Below, piece after piece: positions 50,575 to 59,717 of a stretch of 64,000 nt of DNA. The stretch's first letter is position 1, and each line of letters begins with the position of its first letter. The translations under genes were made by a program, and so were the position numbers. The notes below the pieces were generated by a model, which was given only the letters and a program-made list of their open reading frames with translations, had not been told where the DNA came from and made no database searches. The DNA is from Fibrobacterales bacterium (lineage in GTDB: Bacteria; Fibrobacterota; Fibrobacteria; Fibrobacterales; JAOPTW01): contig JAOPTW010000027.1 of assembly GCA_051532035.1 (NCBI GenBank), forward strand, positions 32,001-96,000, given 5' to 3'.

Positions 50575-53500
50575 TATCCCTTTGGTGGCGGTGATTTTTG
50601 GTCCATCGCCTGTAGATAATTATAGGCACGCGAGCCAAGTGCTCCCGATTTACCATCCCGATCGACAATTTTCTGATACATCTTACGAGCGCGACCTGGG
50701 TCGCCACTGCGCTCATAAATCTGCCCAATATCAAAAAGCGCAGTCAAAGCCCACATACCACTAGCAGCATAGAGATAATTCACTTTATAGTACTCTTTAA
50801 CTGCCTCTTCAACACTTCCAAGGCGGTCAAGAGTTTTCGCATACCAGTAGTGAGACTCTGCTATACGTTCCGACTCTGGGTTATCAAGTGCTCTCTTAAA
50901 AAGATCACGAGCTTTTACAAACTCCCGTGCGTTAAACCAACAAAAGCCGGCACTGACATAGAGTGCAGCATTATCAGCCTGTTTTTTAAAGTCCTTCATG
51001 AGAAGATCATACAGTTGCGCCGCTTGAGCCCATTGATTACTCTTCTCGTGTGCAATAGCGGCATTATAAGCTGCGCGATAGCGTGTTGCCTCAGAAACCC
51101 CACCACTCTTTAATACTCTTCGATAGAGATCTGATGCTCTAAGAAAGTTTTTCTGCTGATAATAACAGGTTGCCATTTTAAAGACAACATCAGACTTGCT
51201 TTGCCCCTCAGGGTAGTCAGTTACATACCCTTTAAATATATTGAGTGCCTTATTGAAATTTCCCTTCTTAAAAGCAAGTATGCCAAGGTAGTAGATCCCT
51301 TCACCAGCCCAAGTGGTCTCATCAAATTTTTCTGAAAGGTATTCAAACCTCTTCTGTGCTTTTTGAGCGTCATGACGATCCATAAATGCACGTCCCGTAT
51401 AGTAGATAATGCGAGCATGCCCTTCAGGGTCATTATCAAAACGATCTTTATATACTTTATATGTATTATGATAGTGCTCTTTCTTACCAAGCATCGCAAA
51501 GCAAGCTACTTGCCCCCCCATCGCTTGGGCGCTATCACGACTATTTTCTGCCGCAGCCAGTGCTTTCCCATAATACCCTTCCGCATCTTTAAATCTATCG
51601 ATCAATAGAGTCATCTCTGCAATATGAAAATAGAGATAGTCTTTTGATCCTTTTGGCGATGCTGCAATTGCCGCCAGAAGAGTCTCTACTGCAGCCTCTT
51701 TCTCTCCTGCAAATTTAAGAAGCTTCCCTTGTGCCTCAAGGGCATCAGCGATACGTGGATGCGTAGATAGCTGTGTTACAAATTGACTATAAATATCCGC
51801 GGCCTTCTTCCACTGATGTTCTTTTTCATGAAGGGTCGCAAGGGATTGATACGCATTATATATTGAATCACTATAAGTAAATCGTTCAATATACCCATTG
51901 TACGCTTTTTTTGCCGAGAGAAACTCCCCTTGCGCTTCATAGGCTCGCGCAATCTGTAGCTGCGACTGTTCTGCAGATGTCGTAGAGAAAAACCGATACT
52001 GCACCTGCTTAAATTGACGAATCGATTCACTATACTTTTTCTTTTTCATAAAGACAAGACCACGATAATAGAGCGCAGCTGACTCTATCTCTTTCGGGAG
52101 GTTCTTTTCTTGCAACAGTAATTTCAAAGTCGGCTCAGCCTTAGGAAAGGAATTGGTAAGATAGTATGCTTTTGAAACCCCAAGGAGCGCGGCTACTCTT
52201 AGTGCACCCTCACGATCCTCATTTAATATACGTTGAAAATACTCAACAGCTTTAAGAGCAATAGCACCGCCAAATGATTCTGCCTGTTTTAAGTATGAAT
52301 TACCCATTGCATAGAGCACATTGGGGATATAATTACTTTGATGATATCGGCTCACAAAATTTTGATACGCAGAGAGGTTAAACACTTCCATCTCTAACAA
52401 ATGATAGGCTGCGTCATCGGCATAACTACTGTTAGGAAATTCATTTTGAAGCGTTTCATAGGCCGTTCGCCCTTGATGTACTAGGTCAGGCACCACACTC
52501 GTTCTATTTTCATACCGGGCACGTTCTATGAGCAACTCATACATTTCGCCACTTTTTAACCAGGCATAGTCTCGTTTAGCGCCCTTTGGAAACTCATCAA
52601 TATAGCGTTGATAGCTCTTTAAGGCACGACGATATTCTTTTAAATCTTCTTCGAGAATTCGAGCCACATGAAGCGGCTTCTCTGAATAGTCTCCCCGTTC
52701 TAGCACAAGGAGAATGTGATTGAGTGCTTCATCTCTATCTTTTAATTTAAAGCGGCTCAAATAATTATAGTGCTTTTGAGCCTCCTTTGCTTCGATACTC
52801 GATGGGTAGTCCTCCATCAACTTTCGATACTCATAGGATGCCTCTTTTAACTTATCTTCACGTAGGTAACACCGTGCTGCACCAAGGGCTGCGTGAGGCG
52901 CCTCTGATGCTGATGGAAAATTTTGAATAAATTCTTCAAAAACACTAATAGCAACCTTATACCGAAGAAGCTTCTCTTCATATATCTCTGCGATCTTGAG
53001 GAGAAGCTCTTTTTTATCCAATTCCGATGCAATATCAACAGCACGATAGTACGACTGAACAGCATTTTGATACATCGCATCTTTTAAATAGGCATCACCC
53101 GCCATTCGATAGGCGCGCACCTGCCCCTCCGCACCCAGAGCTGTAAACAGAGCAATCCCTTCTCTCGGCTCACCTACGCCAATTAAAATTTTTGCCCGGA
53201 GGTATCGGAGCTCATTAAAAAAATAAGTATCGGTAAAGACAACCGTTTGAGCTATGGTATGTGCGATAGTAAAGTTTTTAGTTTCAACGAGTGCTGAAAG
53301 CAGATAGAACCGAGTACGCTCACTCAAAGCTGCAAGTGATTTTGAATCAAGAAATTCAATCAGTGTTTTAAACTGGTGTGACGTATAGAGAAAACCTGAG
53401 TACTCATTCATGAGCGCAAGACTGTCGGTAGAGTCTGCAACAGAGAGTAAGTTTTTATAGAGAACTGTCGCACTATCATTTTGAGAGAGCTTTGACCACG

Positions 53501-54131
53501 ATCGAGCCATCAGAAGCCATGCCCGCTTCTCATTCCGACGTTTCATTCCCAGTTTAAAAGAACGCTTAAACCACTGAATCGCATCACTCCATTCGGACTC
53601 CTTAAATGAGGTTCTTCCAAGTAATGCCATACAGAGCTGCCGCTCTTCTCCATTAGGGAACTGTTCGAGATATTGGCGCGTATACCCTTTTGTTGACTCA
53701 AAATCATTAGCTACAAAGGAGTAGTGTGCCGCCTTATACAGTGATCGCTGCCCCAGCACCTTTTTATTTCTCTGCGAGAATTTGTAAAAGAGGTCACTTG
53801 CAGCCCCTGGTTTATGCAACTTTGTAAGTACCTCTGCTCGTTCATACAGCACAGCACTTATCTCGGAATGCAGCGGATATGAAAGAAGAAAATCTTGATA
53901 GACTTGACTCGCTTTTTCATATTCAAAAAGTCGTGTGAGACTCCGAGCAAGTCCTATACGGGCCTCGGGCTCACTATCTTTTTCTGGATTATCAGAAAGA
54001 AAAGTTCTATAGTGTTCGGCAGCAGCACTATAGACTTCGTCTTTAAAATATTTGTGTGCAAGCACTAAATCTCGCGGCGTTGCAGACACCAATCCTACCC
54101 AAAGGAGCACTATAATTACACTTCTATTCAT
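50574..54131 (-). CDS. Large exported tetratricopeptide-repeat protein
   Basis: Signal peptide; many TPRs with Y..F...YP.S motifs. Confidence 0.88.
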   Translation of the reverse strand: MNRSVIIVLLWVGLVSATPRDLVLAHKYFKDEVYSAAAEHYRTFLSDNPEKDSEPEARIGLARSLTRLFEYEKASQVYQDFLLSYPLHSEISAVLYERAEVLTKLHKPGAASDLFYKFSQRNKKVLGQRSLYKAAHYSFVANDFESTKGYTRQYLEQFPNGEERQLCMALLGRTSFKESEWSDAIQWFKRSFKLGMKRRNEKRAWLLMARSWSKLSQNDSATVLYKNLLSVADSTDSLALMNEYSGFLYTSHQFKTLIEFLDSKSLAALSERTRFYLLSALVETKNFTIAHTIAQTVVFTDTYFFNELRYLRAKILIGVGEPREGIALFTALGAEGQVRAYRMAGDAYLKDAMYQNAVQSYYRAVDIASELDKKELLLKIAEIYEEKLLRYKVAISVFEEFIQNFPSASEAPHAALGAARCYLREDKLKEASYEYRKLMEDYPSSIEAKEAQKHYNYLSRFKLKDRDEALNHILLVLERGDYSEKPLHVARILEEDLKEYRRALKSYQRYIDEFPKGAKRDYAWLKSGEMYELLIERARYENRTSVVPDLVHQGRTAYETLQNEFPNSSYADDAAYHLLEMEVFNLSAYQNFVSRYHQSNYIPNVLYAMGNSYLKQAESFGGAIALKAVEYFQRILNEDREGALRVAALLGVSKAYYLTNSFPKAEPTLKLLLQEKNLPKEIESAALYYRGLVFMKKKKYSESIRQFKQVQYRFFSTTSAEQSQLQIARAYEAQGEFLSAKKAYNGYIERFTYSDSIYNAYQSLATLHEKEHQWKKAADIYSQFVTQLSTHPRIADALEAQGKLLKFAGEKEAAVETLLAAIAASPKGSKDYLYFHIAEMTLLIDRFKDAEGYYGKALAAAENSRDSAQAMGGQVACFAMLGKKEHYHNTYKVYKDRFDNDPEGHARIIYYTGRAFMDRHDAQKAQKRFEYLSEKFDETTWAGEGIYYLGILAFKKGNFNKALNIFKGYVTDYPEGQSKSDVVFKMATCYYQQKNFLRASDLYRRVLKSGGVSEATRYRAAYNAAIAHEKSNQWAQAAQLYDLLMKDFKKQADNAALYVSAGFCWFNAREFVKARDLFKRALDNPESERIAESHYWYAKTLDRLGSVEEAVKEYYKVNYLYAASGMWALTALFDIGQIYERSGDPGRARKMYQKIVDRDGKSGALGSRAYNYLQAMDQKSPPPKG

Positions 54132-54182
54132 ACCCTATCCTATTATATCATCTCTCATGCCTAATAAACCGACACGACACTA

Positions 54183-54530
54183 TTACCCCATGGCAGTGAC
54201 CATTTTTCTACCACCCAGTACATGAAGATGCAAATGATTCACTGCTTGACCACCATCACTTTTAGTATTCACAATCATACGAAAGCCATTTTCTTCAAGA
54301 CCCAGTTCTTTAGCTACCTTTTTCGCTACCAAAAAGAGTTTCCCAAGGAGTTCACTATCACACTCTTCAAAGTCAAAGATTGTTTCTTTATGTACTTTTG
54401 GAATCACTAAAAAGTGAATCGGTGCTTGAGGTGCAATATCTTTTATAGCAATGATAGACTCATCTTCATAATATTTCTCAGTTAACATATCATCACCCGA
54501 CAATTTGCAAAAGACACAATTATCTGCCAT
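54183..54530 (-). CDS. hinT: Histidine triad nucleotide-binding protein (HinT-like)
   Basis: CVFCK, DIAPQAPIHFLVIPK, GQAVNHLHLHVLGGR. Confidence 0.92.
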   Translation of the reverse strand: MADNCVFCKLSGDDMLTEKYYEDESIIAIKDIAPQAPIHFLVIPKVHKETIFDFEECDSELLGKLFLVAKKVAKELGLEENGFRMIVNTKSDGGQAVNHLHLHVLGGRKMVTAMG

Positions 54531-54691
54531 TTGAACCTCACTTAATATTTTCGATAGATTTAAAAGTAAAAAAATCCCCCTTATACGCCATAAATAGTGG
54601 AATATTGCCGATTTCTTTTGGTATAATTAGCTACGAGAGATGCATCATTTTGCAGTGTATTTACGAATGAGAGATTTATATAGGATTCATT

Positions 54692-55885
54692 ATGTCACAA
54701 AATATTGAAACACTCGAAACAGAAATTGAGACCCTCAAAGACGAGCTCCTCGTTGCGAAACGCGAATCACAAGAATCGCGAATAGCAAAAGAAAATTTTA
54801 TAGCAAATCTCAGTTACGAAATTAGAACCCCAATGAATAGTGTTCTCGGATTTTCTCACTTTCTTCTCGACACCGCTCTCGACCCTGAGCAGCAAGAAAA
54901 CATCGAAGATCTCTGTTCAGCCTCAAACCAACTCATTGATACTATAAACAACATCGTAGACCTCTCTAAAATGGAGGCCGGCGAACTCAAAATCGAATCT
55001 ACCGGTTTTAATCTTAAAAATATTATTGATCGCTGCTTTAAAGACATTGAACCTCTTCTTACCAAAACTAATATTAGCCTGCCCGAGCTTGACCTTTACT
55101 GGGAAGATTTTGAAAAACTTGATGGCGATCCCAATAGAATTAAACAGATCCTTATTAACGTTCTCACCACATCAGTTGAAAACACCAAATCTGCCGACAT
55201 TAGTTTTGACATTTCTATAGAAGAAGAGAACCAACAGGAAGTGACTCTCCGATTCGATGTATTTGACAACAAAACTATGCTCAATGAGAAGACCATTGAA
55301 GCGATGTTTTTAAAATTTAGTGACAATGACGTTACTGATCACTCCCTCCACACCTGCTCAGGCATTGGACTCTCTATTGCTGAGCATCTAGTCCACCTTA
55401 TGCATGGTGACATTGGAATTGAAACTTCTGAAGCTGGTACTTCTTACTGGTTTACCCTGACCTTCAAGCGTGTTGATTTCGCTGAAGCCTTAACAATTGG
55501 CGCTGCAACAATCAACAAAAATATTACTATTCTCATTGCTGAAGATAACTCTCTTAACCAAAAGATGATCACTCGTTTGCTCAATAAAGAGAACTTCAAT
55601 AACCTCATTATGGCAAATGATGGTAAAGAAGCCTTAGAAGCTTTACAATCCTCAGATGTTGATCTTATACTCATGGACATGCAGATGCCTGTTATGAACG
55701 GATTAGAGTCCACCGATGCTATACGTGGTCTTGAAGGTGATAAAGCAGGCATCCCTATTATCGCCCTTACCGCAAATGCAATGGAAAATGATATTAAAAA
55801 GTGCCTCAACGCCGGTATGAATGATCACTTAGCTAAACCCATAAATAAAGAAGACCTTCTTCAAAAAATAAAAAAATGGGTGTAG
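54692..55885 (+). CDS. Cytoplasmic pseudo-histidine-kinase with C-terminal receiver
   Basis: H-box reads ANLSYEIRTPMN; degenerate N and G1 boxes; intact REC (AEDN, MDMQMP, LTANA, AKP). Confidence 0.88.
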   Translation: MSQNIETLETEIETLKDELLVAKRESQESRIAKENFIANLSYEIRTPMNSVLGFSHFLLDTALDPEQQENIEDLCSASNQLIDTINNIVDLSKMEAGELKIESTGFNLKNIIDRCFKDIEPLLTKTNISLPELDLYWEDFEKLDGDPNRIKQILINVLTTSVENTKSADISFDISIEEENQQEVTLRFDVFDNKTMLNEKTIEAMFLKFSDNDVTDHSLHTCSGIGLSIAEHLVHLMHGDIGIETSEAGTSYWFTLTFKRVDFAEALTIGAATINKNITILIAEDNSLNQKMITRLLNKENFNNLIMANDGKEALEALQSSDVDLILMDMQMPVMNGLESTDAIRGLEGDKAGIPIIALTANAMENDIKKCLNAGMNDHLAKPINKEDLLQKIKKWV

Positions 55886-55894
55886 TACTTTATT

Positions 55895-58000
55895 ATGTAT
55901 AAGTCTACTAAGTTTCGAGTTATTACCACATCGCTGATATTTTTCAGTAGTATTTTGGCTGTGTACATTATTGCATCTAATTTGCAGCAAGAGTATTCTT
56001 TTAAACAGATCCACTCCCTTAAGAGTGAGATGCAAGTTCTTAAAAACAACATTAACTCAGAAACTCACCTCAAAAAGACCATCTATAAGTCTCTCATTAA
56101 CGCACTTTCACACACTACAACGATCACCAATAAAGAGTTCCTTGACCATACTAATTTTTTGTTACAGGACCAATTCAATAGTGTGTCATCCATCTCGTAT
56201 ATCCTAAGTGATTCAATTCTTTTTTCAAACCACAACCCACTTTCCAAAAAAGAATTTATCCCACCTACCCTCTCCCAATTCTATGAACTCCGTTCAACAC
56301 GAGCACAACAATATGGAATTCCGATCTATACCACTGGTAAAGCAACCTACCTCTTTTATACATTACCCGTCCCCCAAGGTGGCTCACTCCTCATTATAAC
56401 CAATTTAACTGATATCATCGAACGTATCACTCCGCCCGATATAGCTCAGCATGCCTTTGGTACTCTCTACATTTGTGATTCCCTTGCACACCCCCTCATA
56501 CATGTGAGTGGTGACACGAATCATGTCACCTCTAATGCACTCTCTCTTATTATGAAAGGGTATCAGAGTCACTGGCTTGTCTTTATCTCTCCTAAATCTG
56601 GTTGGATATACAATAAGTCACTCTTCTCTTTTCATCCCTATATCTGGCCAATCGGGATTGTAATCACCCTATTACTTACTCTTATCTCTCACTATTACTT
56701 CTCACAGCTGCAAGCAAATGAGGCACGCACCCAAAGTATTAAAGAGTATCAGGAGTTAGTTGAAGGAGCAAACTCACTCATTCTTCGGCTTGACCCAGAA
56801 GGAACGATCACTTATATCAACTCCTTCTGCAGAAGGTTTCTTGGGTACAAAACCTATGAGCTTCTCCACAAAAAAGTATTTGATGTACTTAATAGTAGCG
56901 GTAAAAAGACCGGCTGGGATACCAAACAGTTTCTTGCACAATTAGTGCGTCACCATATCAACAACTCTATGCTCGAACTCGATAGTACCAAAAAGAGCGG
57001 TGAGCCTGTCTGTATTCTCTGGTCCATCAGAGTTATCCGCACCCCTGATGGTTCTATATCTGAGCTCCTCTTTGTAGGACAAGATCACACAGAGCGAAAG
57101 CAAGCAGAAAATGAATTAGAGTCCTATAGGAACAATCTTGAAGAGCTCGTTAAACATAGAACTCAAGAACTTGAATCAAGTAATAGGAAACTTAAAGGTG
57201 AAATTCAAGAACGCAGGCTCGCGGAAGCACGACTGATGAAAAGTGAGGAAGAACTCACTCTCGCAAAAGAGTATGCTGAAGTAGCCAACCTTGCAAAAAG
57301 TGAATTCCTCGCTAATATGTCCCATGAACTACGTACTCCCCTCAATGCCATAATCGGCTTTTCAGAAATGCTCAAAGATGGCTTTCTCAGTGGTCAGGAA
57401 GAGGAACAACAGAATATTTATAAACGGGTATTTGATAGTGGTACCCACCTTCTTTCTCTTATTAATAATATTCTCGATCTTTCTAAAATTGAGTCAGGAA
57501 AGATGCAGCTTGAAGCTGAAGAGACTGAAATCAATGATGTTCTCGAAGATAGCATACAAATAATCAAAGACAAAGCTCTTAATCATAGAATTACTATAAG
57601 CTTTGACATCCAGGCCAGTATGGGGATTCTCATACTCGATAGAACTAAAATCCGTCAAATTCTTTTCAACCTACTCTCTAATGCCGTTAAGTTCACCCCT
57701 GATCGCGGAGAGATAGAAGTCGGTGCTGCAATAGTTACGATTCCTGGCTCAGATATTACCGGAGATATCCTTAAAATTTGGGTGAAGGATTCAGGTATTG
57801 GCATACCTGAAAAAAGCATTAACGACCTATTTAAACCCTTTGAACAACTCGATAGCTCTCTTGCCAAACAGCACGAAGGAACTGGCTTGGGGCTCGTCAT
57901 TACCAAACGTATCGTTACGCTCCATGGCGGTGAAATTGAAGTTGAGTCCGAGAGTGGAAAGGGGAGTACTTTTACGGTACTTATCCCAGCGAAACGATAA
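55895..58000 (+). CDS. Membrane PAS sensor histidine kinase
   Basis: Two TM segments, [37 protein letters not shown]. Confidence 0.94.
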   Translation: MYKSTKFRVITTSLIFFSSILAVYIIASNLQQEYSFKQIHSLKSEMQVLKNNINSETHLKKTIYKSLINALSHTTTITNKEFLDHTNFLLQDQFNSVSSISYILSDSILFSNHNPLSKKEFIPPTLSQFYELRSTRAQQYGIPIYTTGKATYLFYTLPVPQGGSLLIITNLTDIIERITPPDIAQHAFGTLYICDSLAHPLIHVSGDTNHVTSNALSLIMKGYQSHWLVFISPKSGWIYNKSLFSFHPYIWPIGIVITLLLTLISHYYFSQLQANEARTQSIKEYQELVEGANSLILRLDPEGTITYINSFCRRFLGYKTYELLHKKVFDVLNSSGKKTGWDTKQFLAQLVRHHINNSMLELDSTKKSGEPVCILWSIRVIRTPDGSISELLFVGQDHTERKQAENELESYRNNLEELVKHRTQELESSNRKLKGEIQERRLAEARLMKSEEELTLAKEYAEVANLAKSEFLANMSHELRTPLNAIIGFSEMLKDGFLSGQEEEQQNIYKRVFDSGTHLLSLINNILDLSKIESGKMQLEAEETEINDVLEDSIQIIKDKALNHRITISFDIQASMGILILDRTKIRQILFNLLSNAVKFTPDRGEIEVGAAIVTIPGSDITGDILKIWVKDSGIGIPEKSINDLFKPFEQLDSSLAKQHEGTGLGLVITKRIVTLHGGEIEVESESGKGSTFTVLIPAKR

Positions 58001-58005
58001 CTATG

Positions 58006-59598
58006 TTATTCAGCGCGCTTTAAGAATTTTGAAAGCACTTGGACAAAGCGAGTTTTATTAATAGGCTTCACGATAAAATCAGTGAAATCCATAATTTTCA
58101 TCTGCTTTTCTTTCGCAGAATAAGCAGAAACACCCACTATCGGAGTATCTTTAATCTCTTTTGTTTTACGTATTAATCGCGTCGCCTCTATACCGTCCAT
58201 AACCGGCATTTGAATATCCATCAATATAAGGTCAGGCTTCAACGCCTTAGCCTTCTCTACCCCTATTTTACCATTCATTGCGACCTCAATATCGAGACCC
58301 ATTTTTTTGAGCATTTTCTTAATGATCATCACGTTTATAGGCTGGTCTTCACATAAGAGTATTTTGCTCTCTGGAGCGAACTGTATGTCAGTCCAATTTG
58401 CATTTTTAGTAGGGTCAGCAGCGACAACAAAAGGTATAGAGAAAAGCAGTATACACTCTTGTGGGGTGGCATTTTTAATGATCACATCACCCTTCATTAA
58501 CTGCGCATATCGTTTTGCCAGGGGCAGACCAATACCAAGGCCTCTGAGTCCACTATTATCTTCAGAAGTCATATCTATTTTTGTATCAAACAGGCTGTTT
58601 ATTGTTTCAGGGCTTAGAACCGCCCCTTTGAAGTTTACGGTTATTTCAAGTTTCTCACGATGAGTATCCATACCCAGTTCAATCGCTCCCTTTCCTGTAA
58701 TTTCACTATATCCAAACTCCATGATGGCAAATATCACCTGTTTGAATTTAATTTTGTCCGTAACTATAGTATCATTCAACGCTTCATTTTTGTGATATGA
58801 GAAATCAAGTCCCTTCTCCGAAGCTTTAACCTTAAAAAGTGCAACCATTGAGCTCATTACCCCCGCAAGATCAAATGACTCAATCTCCTCATTAAGACTA
58901 CCATGCTCGATCTCTGAAAGGGTAATTATGTTATCAAGAATTTTCCCCAGGTTATGACTACTCACATTTACTGCTTGAAGTATCGATTCAAAGTCTTCAA
59001 AGTCTTTTTGTCGATACATTTCAAGAAGCATTGAAGAGAAGTTTATTATCACATTAAGAGGATTACGTACCTCATGAGATATATCAGAGAGTAATTCACT
59101 TTTTATTTTATACGCTTTTTCAATGACTTCTCGAGAATCGGATAAATTCTTATGCTTTTTAACGAGTTCATTGGTCCGTTCTTTAGAAAGTCGATCAATA
59201 TGGTCTTGATAAGATATTCTTTTTTTTCGCTGCTGGAGCATAACCGCATTCCGAACTACCGACATCAAATCGTATATATTGAGCGGTTTCCGTATAAAAT
59301 CAAACACCCCTCTCTGATAACCTGTTTTGGACGTATCCATACTGGTATCCCCTGTCATTATAATCACAGAGAATGAACTATCAAAAGTCAGATTAATTCG
59401 TTCTATAAACTCAAAACCACTTATTTTGGGCATGTTTAGGTCAAGCAAGATACAAAGGGGAGCATATTTTTCAAAGAGCTCAAGACCCTCTTCTGGCTTA
59501 GTTGTTGCATGAATAGTATAGTTTTCATCACTCAATGCCTCAACAACCAAGTCAAGACTTGACTGATCATCATCAATAACGAGTACACTATTTTTCAT
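58006..59598 (-). CDS. REC-HisKA-(degenerate HATPase)-REC protein
   Basis: IDDD/LDLNMP receiver, ISHEVRNPLN, N and G1 boxes absent, MDIQMP receiver. Confidence 0.88.
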   Translation of the reverse strand: MKNSVLVIDDDQSSLDLVVEALSDENYTIHATTKPEEGLELFEKYAPLCILLDLNMPKISGFEFIERINLTFDSSFSVIIMTGDTSMDTSKTGYQRGVFDFIRKPLNIYDLMSVVRNAVMLQQRKKRISYQDHIDRLSKERTNELVKKHKNLSDSREVIEKAYKIKSELLSDISHEVRNPLNVIINFSSMLLEMYRQKDFEDFESILQAVNVSSHNLGKILDNIITLSEIEHGSLNEEIESFDLAGVMSSMVALFKVKASEKGLDFSYHKNEALNDTIVTDKIKFKQVIFAIMEFGYSEITGKGAIELGMDTHREKLEITVNFKGAVLSPETINSLFDTKIDMTSEDNSGLRGLGIGLPLAKRYAQLMKGDVIIKNATPQECILLFSIPFVVAADPTKNANWTDIQFAPESKILLCEDQPINVMIIKKMLKKMGLDIEVAMNGKIGVEKAKALKPDLILMDIQMPVMDGIEATRLIRKTKEIKDTPIVGVSAYSAKEKQMKIMDFTDFIVKPINKTRFVQVLSKFLKRAE

Positions 59599-59664
59599 AT
59601 TAGTTATAGGCTAAAATGGTATGGAGTTATTATACCATTTTTCCTTCAACATGCCACAAAAAAC

Positions 59665-59702
59665 AAAAAAGGCTGCCTGAACTTAATCAGGCTGCCTTTT
59701 TT
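59665..59702 (-). terminator. Intrinsic terminator of secDF
   Basis: AAAAAAGGCTGCCTGA-ACTTAA-TCAGGCTGCCTTTTTT (one mismatch). Confidence 0.8.
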
Positions 59703-59717
59703 AATGTTTTTTTATGC

